Shown piece by piece: positions 9,919 to 17,903 of a stretch of 64,000 bases of DNA. Location: contig JACOUO010000011.1 in NCBI GenBank assembly GCA_016177845.1, positions 50,161 to 114,160 of the forward strand, written 5' to 3'. Both the position numbers and the translations under genes were made by a program. Below the pieces are notes generated by a model that did no database searches, was not told the DNA's origin, and saw nothing but the letters and a program-made list of their open reading frames with translations. Source of the DNA: Deltaproteobacteria bacterium (GTDB lineage Bacteria > Desulfobacterota > GWC2-55-46). Numbering within the stretch: the stretch's first letter is position 1; each line of letters opens with the position of its first letter.

Positions 9919-10774
9919 CTTCTTTTATATCCACCGAAGTATGCCCGTACTGCTGGAAGCGGTTTGTCTTTACCTTTACATCGCATGGGTTGCAGTGGCC
10001 GAATACTTCGCAGACCCTGTAGATATCCTCAAGTTCAAAATTCGGGTCGATAAGATTGCCTACAGGCGTCCTGCCTTCGTATAGGTCGCTGTGGCATCTG
10101 TAAATGCTGCCGTCACTGCCTGCGATAAGCTCGGTGGTTTTGCAAAGCACTTTTTTCTCGAACTTCCTGTCGCATGAGCCTTCGTATTTGAAAGTGCCGT
10201 AAAGTTTGCCATCGTATTCACCGAGGAATTCCTTGAACCTGAAATCAATCCCGCGGCCCTGGCAGTATTCCTGCGCCTTGCGGATGACATCTTCCTGAGA
10301 CGGGTGGAGCACTCCCCAAATACCTATGCTGAAGCCGGCGTCCTGCATCCTTAAGACCTTCTCGACCAAAGGCAGCAGTTCCATCTGTTCAGGATGGTAG
10401 CTGACCCTGATGGAAGCGTAAGGGGCATTTCTTTTTATCCTGTTCGGGTCGACCTTGGCTATGAACTCGTTTATGTCGAACTGAAGGTTCGTCAGTATGT
10501 CTATATTAAGCTCAGGCTTAATGTTATTTAGGATATATATGAAGTCCTTATGCAGGCTCGGCTCGCCGCCCTGAAGCGTTATGGGAAGGTCGTATCTCGA
10601 TTTTATCCTGTTGATGCCTTGCACCCATTCTTCGCCTGAAAGCCGTTTATTCACAAACCCGTCTTTGCCGAAGTGGTTGATGCAGTAGCTGCACTTCAGG
10701 TTGCAGGCAAGCGTGAGGAATGTAGCGATGTAGTTATAATGTTCGGGAATTATAATGGGTTTAAGCTCTTTCAT
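9905..10774 (-). CDS. Radical SAM protein with C-terminal Cys-rich (SPASM/twitch-like) region
   Basis: CNLKCSYC, GGEP, and C-terminal CKTT..YRCH..CEVFGHCNPCD. Confidence 0.85.
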   Translation of the reverse strand: MKELKPIIIPEHYNYIATFLTLACNLKCSYCINHFGKDGFVNKRLSGEEWVQGINRIKSRYDLPITLQGGEPSLHKDFIYILNNIKPELNIDILTNLQFDINEFIAKVDPNRIKRNAPYASIRVSYHPEQMELLPLVEKVLRMQDAGFSIGIWGVLHPSQEDVIRKAQEYCQGRGIDFRFKEFLGEYDGKLYGTFKYEGSCDRKFEKKVLCKTTELIAGSDGSIYRCHSDLYEGRTPVGNLIDPNFELEDIYRVCEVFGHCNPCDVKVKTNRFQQYGHTSVDIKEVTPA

Positions 10775-10775
10775 C

Positions 10776-11708
10776 TTATTTCTCCGAAATCAGTTTTTCG
10801 ATATTTTCAAGGACCGTTGCAGGCTCTATCTCATAAAGGCATGTCCTGTCCTTAATGCAGACCGTGTTCATGCAGGGCAGGCAGTCGAATTCCTTTTCAG
10901 GCAGAAGCTTAACGCCGTGCTTTACATATACTTCGTTGGCAAGGGTGGGGCCGAAGATGGCGACTATCTTTTTATCAAGGGCGTGTGCGATATGGAGACC
11001 AAGGCTGTCATTTGTGACAATAAGCCTGCAGGAGTTTATCCATTCAATATATTCCTCAATGGATTTCAGGCCCTGCTGCCATGAGATGGTATATTTATCA
11101 CCGATCAGTTTTTCAAGCTCTTTCCAGTATTCAAGCGGCCATGCCTTTATAGGCCATTTGTCGCCGACATTGAAGTTGAAACCGATGTCGTACACTTCCT
11201 CTGAGGTCGGTTTATAACCGATTGTGGGTATCTCACCCTGCCATTGGCTTCCGACCATCTCAAAGAGAAAATCTTCCCAGTACTTTTTATTTGAGAGCTT
11301 ATCTTTCTGGTTGTTGCAAAGCTCAAGAACGGTCTGTGTGCCGTCATATGCGTTTGCCGTGCCTGTCTCAGGGTCGAACCTGAACCCGAAGCGCCTCCAG
11401 GCGGTAAGCGAGTCTGAGAACGCGCAAATGCCCGCCACCTTCTCAAGGTTGACGATGGTATCGAACCTCTCTGCCTTAAGCTGCAATACTGTGGTAAGGT
11501 CGTACGGCATTATCCTGTGGATGTAAGGGTTGCCTTTAAGAAGAGCTATTGCCTTTTCATCTACGAGCCATGTTACATGGGCGTCTTTAAACAGGTGAAG
11601 GAGAACAGTGCTTCTTAATACATCGCCAAGGCTTGTCTTTCTGCTTATCTCGCCAACAAGGGTTTCTGAATAGCCAAGTTTTATAATAAGTATTTTTTCT
11701 TTCTGCAT
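10776..11708 (-). CDS. Glycosyltransferase family 9 (heptosyltransferase-like)
   Basis: KILIIKL..SLGDVL, VTWLV, KAWP, NDSLGLHIA.AL..IFGPT, C-terminal CLPC..C..C. Confidence 0.82.
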   Translation of the reverse strand: MQKEKILIIKLGYSETLVGEISRKTSLGDVLRSTVLLHLFKDAHVTWLVDEKAIALLKGNPYIHRIMPYDLTTVLQLKAERFDTIVNLEKVAGICAFSDSLTAWRRFGFRFDPETGTANAYDGTQTVLELCNNQKDKLSNKKYWEDFLFEMVGSQWQGEIPTIGYKPTSEEVYDIGFNFNVGDKWPIKAWPLEYWKELEKLIGDKYTISWQQGLKSIEEYIEWINSCRLIVTNDSLGLHIAHALDKKIVAIFGPTLANEVYVKHGVKLLPEKEFDCLPCMNTVCIKDRTCLYEIEPATVLENIEKLISEK

Positions 11709-12196
11709 CAGCTTTCCCTCACAATCCGAACTGCTTCATTATATATTTCAACAGGGCGGTAGCCCATGTTCTCAAGGCGGCGCTTTCTTAGAAAATACTC
11801 GGTAAACGAATAAGCCCTTACGAAGAAAATGCCTTTCATCTGTAGAAATACCATGTCAAGGGCCACATGGAATATCAGCCCGAGGCAAAGCGCGGTAAGT
11901 AAAGACGACCCTATAGCGTATGAAAAGATGTAAAGAGGCACTATAAATTCTATCGTGTGGAATATCTCGATATTTAAAAACTCCGGTGAATACCATACGC
12001 GCTCAAGCGCCTTATGGTACGCGAACATGCCTTTGATACTCAGGTCGGTAAAGCCGTTATGGTAAATGTAGTCAAGGTAATGGTCGATATCAATGGCAAA
12101 TGAGGCGCCCCAGAAGAACAGGCTCTCAACACCCATTATAGGGTACATGGCTATTGATGCCGCAGTGCCTAATATAAGGTGGTCTTTGGGCGTCAT
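11708..12196 (-). CDS. Small membrane protein, putative metal-dependent hydrolase (YdjM-like)
   Basis: Start reassigned to MTPKDH, 2 nt after the upstream stop; H..IDIDH..FHTIE..FH..LD pattern with TM segments. Confidence 0.55.
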   Translation of the reverse strand: MTPKDHLILGTAASIAMYPIMGVESLFFWGASFAIDIDHYLDYIYHNGFTDLSIKGMFAYHKALERVWYSPEFLNIEIFHTIEFIVPLYIFSYAIGSSLLTALCLGLIFHVALDMVFLQMKGIFFVRAYSFTEYFLRKRRLENMGYRPVEIYNEAVRIVRES

Positions 12197-12198
12197 TT

Positions 12199-13683
12199 TC
12201 AGATCTTTCTTACCTGAGAAGTGTTCATGACCTCTTCCGAATGCTTGAAATGTTCCAGTACAAAGCTTTCGTAGATGCCCCTTATCGTATTTACAACAGA
12301 GAACTTCATGGGGTATATCCGCGTCTTTACAAGATAAGCCTTTGTAAAATAATACATCATAAAATATGTTCTGGTAAAAGGCAGTTTTATAAGCCTGTTT
12401 ACTACTAAATTCCTGAGCGAAGGCTTCCAAAGGCATAGGGTCGAGAGCAATGACAGATTCCTCTGCAGGAGCTTTTCCTTATCACTGAAGCATTTAAGGG
12501 GCGAGGTCGATTGATAGCTCATGTGGAGGCTGTCGTAATTCCCGTTGAAGTCCCCCCTCTTTATGGCGTACTTCGCAAGCTCGGTCTCAGGGTAGGGGAA
12601 GAAGATAGGAAATTCCCCGAATGTCACCTTGCACCTCAGGTTGGTATCAAGCGATTCAATATCCTCTTGTATCGAAGTGCCCGGAATCGCGAAGATGGTA
12701 TTTGAGAATGTGGGTATATTGTGCTTGCTGCAAAGGTCAAACGCCTCAACCATCACTTCTTTGCTCATGTTGCGCTTAAGTATTTCGTTCCTTACCTTGT
12801 CATTGCCGCTCTCAATGGACATGCTCAGAGAGGCAAGCCCGGCCTTCTTAAGCTTAAGCAGTATCGGCTCAGTAAGTAAATTGGCCCGCATCAGGCAGTG
12901 AAACGGCACTCCTATCTCTTTGGGATATCTTACCGAGAACTCCTCGAGCCACTCGTCATCCTTCATAACGAATATATCGTCATAGAATTTTATAAATTGA
13001 GTCTCCCAGTTCTTTTTAAGGTGTTTAAGTTCAGCTATGACCCTGTCAACGCTCATCCTTGAGACAAGAGAGCCTTTGCCCTTATATAACAAATTGTATT
13101 TGTGATTAAAACAGTAAGTGCATTTGTAAGGGCAGCCCCTGCCGACCATGAAGCTCCTCATGGGGAAACGGCCAAGGCGCGTGGTTGAATAGAAGAGTTC
13201 CCTGTCAAGAAAGGGAAGGTCGTCAAGCTCCCTTCTCCTCTGGCGGATAACCGGCGGTTTGCTTTTATCGAAATTGTTTTTTGTGATTATGTTAGGGATA
13301 TTGTCGAACGGAAGCTTTTTATCAAAGGCGTCAAGGAGCTCAGGCCAGGCGTCATCACCTTCACCGACGCAGAGAGCGTCAAAAGAATGCTTTTCAATTA
13401 TCTCAGGAAAAAATGTCGCGTGCGGCCCGCCTATGACGGACAATACATTGCTGTTGATTGATTTTATGAGATCGTTAGCCGCGAGATAGTATTTATGTTC
13501 GCCTGTCTTTGCGCTGTAAGCTACGATATCGGGCTTGAATTCCTTTACCCTGCCTTCAAGGTTGCCGTCTGCAAGTACGGCGATGCCTGTAGAGTGTCCT
13601 TTTTCTTTGGCAAGGGCGGACAGGAGCATAATCCCCATCGGGTCGATATATTCGATATCTTTGATTACAAACAGAATCTTCAA
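12199..13683 (-). CDS. Cobalamin-binding radical SAM protein (class B methyltransferase-like)
   Basis: N-terminal B12-binding domain (PMGIM.LSA, GGPHAT, GEGD), GRGCPYKCTYC, FYDDIF, SIESG. Confidence 0.88.
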   Translation of the reverse strand: MKILFVIKDIEYIDPMGIMLLSALAKEKGHSTGIAVLADGNLEGRVKEFKPDIVAYSAKTGEHKYYLAANDLIKSINSNVLSVIGGPHATFFPEIIEKHSFDALCVGEGDDAWPELLDAFDKKLPFDNIPNIITKNNFDKSKPPVIRQRRRELDDLPFLDRELFYSTTRLGRFPMRSFMVGRGCPYKCTYCFNHKYNLLYKGKGSLVSRMSVDRVIAELKHLKKNWETQFIKFYDDIFVMKDDEWLEEFSVRYPKEIGVPFHCLMRANLLTEPILLKLKKAGLASLSMSIESGNDKVRNEILKRNMSKEVMVEAFDLCSKHNIPTFSNTIFAIPGTSIQEDIESLDTNLRCKVTFGEFPIFFPYPETELAKYAIKRGDFNGNYDSLHMSYQSTSPLKCFSDKEKLLQRNLSLLSTLCLWKPSLRNLVVNRLIKLPFTRTYFMMYYFTKAYLVKTRIYPMKFSVVNTIRGIYESFVLEHFKHSEEVMNTSQVRKI

Positions 13684-14439
13684 CTAAGCACCTTCAATAA
13701 TCCGTCTTGCGGGGGAGTTGTACTTTGCCCTCTCCTTTATGCGAACCTCCCAGAATAGCGTTCCTATTGCTTTGAATACGCTCACAATGTTTTTCAGAGC
13801 GAAAGCCTTTGTCTTTCCCGTCTCCCTCGGCTTTATATCTATGCCGACTTCTATGTAGCTCGCCCCTGAGCGTATCAGCCGTACAAGTATCGCCGCCATG
13901 TAGGCAAAGCCCCATGTTTTAAGAGGGACTTTTTTAAGGAGCTTGCTTTTGATGACGCATGTTCCGTTGTAATAGATGAGATTCAGCCCGAAAAGCGTAT
14001 TCATGCCTACTACGAAGAGTTTCGAGATGAGTCTTCGTGAAAGCGCCCTTACATGGGTATTGGCTGTGTAAGGTATTATCACATCTGCTTTACCGACACG
14101 GCTGAAGGCCTTTTTGATGGCCTCGGGAGGTATCTCATTATCACCGGGCACCATTATTATGTAATCCTTCTTTGCGAGCCTCACGCCCTCTGTATAGTTG
14201 TACCCGAACCCCATGTTTTTGGGGTTGTGTATCACTCTGATGTTTTTTTCTTTCTTCTTTATCTCTTCGGCGATTTTGCCGGTATTGTCAGTGCTGAAGT
14301 CATTGAATATAAGTATTTCGTAATCGCTGAACCTTGAAGATGAGAGGGCCTCTTCAATGGATTCGATAGTGCCTTTGAGGTTGCCCTCTTCGTTAAGGCA
14401 CGGGACTATTATTGAGATGCTTGGGTTAGTTTTTGCCAT
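13684..14439 (-). CDS. Glycosyltransferase family 2 (polyprenol-phosphate glycosyltransferase / DPM-synthase-like)
   Basis: IIVPCLNEE, NDFSTDNT, HNPKNMGFG, VPGDNE; start reassigned to MAKTNP, adjacent to the E1-beta stop. Confidence 0.82.
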   Translation of the reverse strand: MAKTNPSISIIVPCLNEEGNLKGTIESIEEALSSSRFSDYEILIFNDFSTDNTGKIAEEIKKKEKNIRVIHNPKNMGFGYNYTEGVRLAKKDYIIMVPGDNEIPPEAIKKAFSRVGKADVIIPYTANTHVRALSRRLISKLFVVGMNTLFGLNLIYYNGTCVIKSKLLKKVPLKTWGFAYMAAILVRLIRSGASYIEVGIDIKPRETGKTKAFALKNIVSVFKAIGTLFWEVRIKERAKYNSPARRIIEGA

Positions 14440-14440
14440 A

Positions 14441-15481
14441 TTATTTCTGAATGGTTTTTTTAACGGCTGATATAATATGGTCAACGCCTGGGTAGTATGC
14501 TTTTTCAAGCGCCGGGCTTGCCGGGGTAGGGGTCTCCGGCAGGTTTACCCTTACTACTGGGGCCTTCAAAATGCCGCAGGACTCTTCCATTATTCTGGCT
14601 ACTATCTCAGCTCCTACAGAGCATTCTTTCCAGCCGGTGTCAGCTATAACGAGCCTGCCTGTCTTTTTGACGGATTCTATTATCAAGCCCATATCAAGGG
14701 GCTTTACAGTCCTCGGGTCGATTACTTCTGTCTCAATCCCTTCTTTAGACAATGCCTCTGCGGCCCGCATTGCCTCATACGCCATGTACGAGATGCCGAC
14801 CACTGTGGCGTCTTTGCCCTCTCTTCTTACAATTCCTTTGCCGATGGGTACGGTGTAGTCATCTTCAGGCACATGGCCCATGTGGTCATAAAGCCAGCGG
14901 TGCTCTATGATGATAACCGGGTTGCCGTCATAGACGGCAGCCCTAAGAAGCCCCTTGGCGTCATAGGGTGTGGCGGGCATCAATACCCTAAGCCCCGGAA
15001 TGTTTGTGAAGAGAGATGGAAGGCTTTGTGAATGTTGTGCGGCAGAGCCCCAGCCTCGTCCGATTATCGCCCTTACTACAAGCGGGACGCTCAGCTTTCC
15101 GCCGAACATATAATGCCATTTTGCGGCATGGTTTATAATCTGGTCGAGAGTAAGTGGAAGAAAGTCCACTCTCATGTGCACGAGAATGGGCCTCATGCCG
15201 GAGATTGCGGCGCCTATGGCAATGCCTGTGATGCCGTTCTCCGCAAGGGGAGAGTCCATTACCCGGTCCTTGCCGAATTTCAGATGAAGATTTTTTGTGG
15301 TGCCGAATACGCCCCCGGCATCGTCCACGCCCTCGCCGATGACAAAGACGGATTTGTCCTGTTCAAGCATGCGGGAGGTTGCCTCAAGTATCGCTTCCTT
15401 GTAGGTGATGCCCCGGAGCGTGCTTCCTGCGGCAGCCTTCTCAAATTCTTCCTTATTGCTGTAAATCTTTGTCCACGGCAT
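14441..15481 (-). CDS. TPP-dependent 2-oxoacid/acetoin dehydrogenase E1 beta-like subunit
   Basis: GEGVDD.GGVFG, DSPLAE, AAQHSQ, TPYDAKGLL, IDPRT.KPLD. Confidence 0.9.
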   Translation of the reverse strand: MPWTKIYSNKEEFEKAAAGSTLRGITYKEAILEATSRMLEQDKSVFVIGEGVDDAGGVFGTTKNLHLKFGKDRVMDSPLAENGITGIAIGAAISGMRPILVHMRVDFLPLTLDQIINHAAKWHYMFGGKLSVPLVVRAIIGRGWGSAAQHSQSLPSLFTNIPGLRVLMPATPYDAKGLLRAAVYDGNPVIIIEHRWLYDHMGHVPEDDYTVPIGKGIVRREGKDATVVGISYMAYEAMRAAEALSKEGIETEVIDPRTVKPLDMGLIIESVKKTGRLVIADTGWKECSVGAEIVARIMEESCGILKAPVVRVNLPETPTPASPALEKAYYPGVDHIISAVKKTIQK

Positions 15482-15486
15482 CTTTT

Positions 15487-16497
15487 TTAGTCTCTTGTCC
15501 CGAAATAAACATCTTTATGCAGCTCTGAAGCTTCAGGGTAGGGGCTTTCCTTGGCGAACCTTACCGCTTCATCAAGCTCTTCCCTGATCCCGGCTGAGAT
15601 GCTCTCAATTTCATTTTCAGTAATTATCTGCCTTGAAACTATGAATTCCCTGAATATGGAGACAGGGCATTTTTCTTTCCAGTAAAGAAGCTCTTCTTTT
15701 GGCCTGCAGCCTTTTTCAAAATCCTCTTCAGGCCCGACATGGCCCTTCCATCTGTATGTTTTTGCCTCTATCAGGCTTGGGCCTGCGCCCCTCCGTGCCC
15801 TTGAAATGGCCTCCTGCGCGGCTTTGTAAACCGAAAGGACATCATTGCCGTCTACGCAAGTGCCATGAGAGTCGAACGGGGCAGCGGTGCTTGATATTTT
15901 ACAGCTTGCCTGCCTTGCTGATTGGTGGGAATTCGTTGCGTAGAAGTTGTTTTCGCAAACGAAGACTACGGGCAGTTTTTTCAAAGCGGCAAAATTGAAC
16001 GATTCGTAGAAAACGCCTTCCTCTGAAGCTCCGTCGCCGAAGAATATCACCGTAACCCGTTCCTCGCCTTTCATTACAGAGGCGAGCGAAGCGCCGACTC
16101 CCATAGGTATGCCGCCGCCGACAATTGCGGATGTGCCGAGTATTCCGTTCTCAATGTCCAAAATATGCATTGAGCCGCCCTTGCCCTTGCTGCACCCGGT
16201 TATCTTGCCGTAGAATTCCGCCATAAGCGGCTTCATGGCAGTGCCTTTGGCAAGCGTGTGGCCGTGCCCCCTGTGGTTTGAGAATACATAATCTTCTTTC
16301 CTCAGGTTAAGGCAAACCCCGGCTGCAATGGCCTCCTGCCCGATGCAGAGGTGGACAGGGCATTTCATCTCCTGCTCAGGGTAGAGCTCAATGATCTTAT
16401 CCTCGAACATGCGGATCCTGAGCATTGAGGCGAAGAGGTCAATGAGAAGCGTTTTTGTAAGGGTGCTGAGCCCGTATTTTAAAAGGTCTTCTTTCAT
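15487..16497 (-). CDS. TPP-dependent dehydrogenase E1 alpha-like subunit
   Basis: HLCIGQEA, HRGHGH, GKGGSMH, TPP motif GDGA..ENN, YRWKGH. Confidence 0.9.
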   Translation of the reverse strand: MKEDLLKYGLSTLTKTLLIDLFASMLRIRMFEDKIIELYPEQEMKCPVHLCIGQEAIAAGVCLNLRKEDYVFSNHRGHGHTLAKGTAMKPLMAEFYGKITGCSKGKGGSMHILDIENGILGTSAIVGGGIPMGVGASLASVMKGEERVTVIFFGDGASEEGVFYESFNFAALKKLPVVFVCENNFYATNSHQSARQASCKISSTAAPFDSHGTCVDGNDVLSVYKAAQEAISRARRGAGPSLIEAKTYRWKGHVGPEEDFEKGCRPKEELLYWKEKCPVSIFREFIVSRQIITENEIESISAGIREELDEAVRFAKESPYPEASELHKDVYFGTRD

Positions 16498-16498
16498 C

Positions 16499-17563
16499 TT
16501 AGATAAAATTCACATGGAGAGAAGGGTGCTTAAGCTCCCAAAGATATCTGTTTATCTCATCCATCCTGCAGTTTACCCTGCATTCGGTGGTATCAAGGCC
16601 TTTGGCAACAAACTCCATGACCTTTTTCCTTTTCTCTCCGTTCCAGATTTCCTCAAAAGTATTTTCGTTGATATTGCCGAAAAGGAACCTTTCGTCGCCA
16701 AGATAGGCGCTGCAGCCCCAAACGCCACCGCCTGAGTCGATATAAGACCAGAAGGGCAGGGCAAGGCACTTTTCATAGCTTCTTTTTTCCTGAAGCTTTT
16801 TCATGGCGTTTTTCCTGAAGATAACTTTAAAGTCCTTGTCTGATATCTTCTGAAGCTGGTCGCTTAGGTGCATGTACTGGTTATAATCGAAGTCCTTATA
16901 CTGGGTCGTAAGGCTCTTTAAGTGCTGTGAATAGGATTTTATGACAAGATAATCCGCACCTGCTTCTTTGGCCTTTTGCGCCAGAAGCACGGCCTCAGAG
17001 GTGTTCTCGGGCAGCAGTATCATCTGCATGCCTATGGTTGAGGAAAGGTTTGCCTGTTTTCTGAATTTAACAGCAGTGCGGATATTGTCGAGTACCTTGT
17101 CAAAATCAGCCTCGGATGTTCTGTGTATTTTGGCATAGGTCTCTTTGGTGCCCGCGTTAAAGCTTATTTTTATCCATGTGATGGAGGCAAGGCAGGATTC
17201 GATGAGCTTTTCCGTGAACAGTACACCGTTGGAGGTGATTGCCACATCGATGCCGGATTTTTTGGTATGGTTTATTATCTCGCCTGAGTGCTTGTGGAGA
17301 AAGGGCTCGCCTTCTCCTGCGTACATGATGCTCTTTATCCCAAGCCTGCCAAGCTCTGAGAGCCTTTCCTTGAGCATTACGGGGTCAAGCTGTCTGGGCT
17401 GGTACTCCATGTAGTCAAGCGCGCAATAGGTACACCTGTGATTGCATGCCCCTATGGGGGAGACTTCCATGTATACCGGGTAAATGTTATCCCCCTCCAG
17501 CCATTTGTTTACACGGGGAACATGGTACATCAGCTTATGGCTGTCAATCCTGAATTCGTCCAT
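16499..17563 (-). CDS. Radical SAM protein with SPASM/twitch-like domain
   Basis: CNHRCTYC, GEGEP, and C-terminal CLALPF..WGC..FGNI..CRVNC. Confidence 0.87.
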   Translation of the reverse strand: MDEFRIDSHKLMYHVPRVNKWLEGDNIYPVYMEVSPIGACNHRCTYCALDYMEYQPRQLDPVMLKERLSELGRLGIKSIMYAGEGEPFLHKHSGEIINHTKKSGIDVAITSNGVLFTEKLIESCLASITWIKISFNAGTKETYAKIHRTSEADFDKVLDNIRTAVKFRKQANLSSTIGMQMILLPENTSEAVLLAQKAKEAGADYLVIKSYSQHLKSLTTQYKDFDYNQYMHLSDQLQKISDKDFKVIFRKNAMKKLQEKRSYEKCLALPFWSYIDSGGGVWGCSAYLGDERFLFGNINENTFEEIWNGEKRKKVMEFVAKGLDTTECRVNCRMDEINRYLWELKHPSLHVNFI

Positions 17564-17703
17564 TTTGAGGGTTCAAAAACCTCCGGCAACTTTTATATAC
17601 AAGATAACATATGTACCCTGCCGAAACAAAGTTAAATTTAGTATTTCAAGCTGTTTTCATAAAATTGTTTTTTTAATTATCGGATAGTTAATAATAATTT
17701 ATC

Positions 17704-17733
17704 TTGACATTCTACAAGCTGTAGAATTATAGT
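17704..17733 (+). promoter_or_regulatory. Sigma70-type promoter with a palindromic operator filling the spacer, upstream of copA
   Basis: TTGACA-18 nt-TATAGT; ATTCTACA-AGC-TGTAGAAT (17709-17727) is a perfect inverted repeat. Confidence 0.6.
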
Positions 17734-17903
17734 TATGGAAAGGGAGTTTTTTATCGGATTAAAAAATTTGCGCAGTCCCTCATCCGACTGTAAAAGCCTG
17801 TTGGGAATATGAGTAAGACAGATTACTCAGGCTATCTGATATAATAAAATTGGCGGTAGTGCTGATTTATTGTGAGTAAGTTTTAGCGGAGGATTTTAAA
17901 AAT

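Noticed and set aside
12197-12436. N-terminal extension of ORF 11708-12436 (similar extensions at 14508, 24316, 29864, 32103, 40551, 57970)
   Set aside because: These extensions overlap upstream genes or lack an RBS; downstream starts fit operon packing and family N-termini better.
14441-16497. Naming these genes pdhA/pdhB or acoA/acoB
   Set aside because: No E2/E3 nearby and the context is biosynthetic; the substrate cannot be assigned from sequence.
9905-17563. RiPP biosynthetic cluster
   Set aside because: No precursor peptide, RRE/PqqD domain, peptidase or transporter is visible; the neighbours are glycosyltransferases.
17735-17812. 25-codon ORF upstream of copA
   Set aside because: It starts 1 nt after the predicted -10 box, has no RBS and no recognisable motif.
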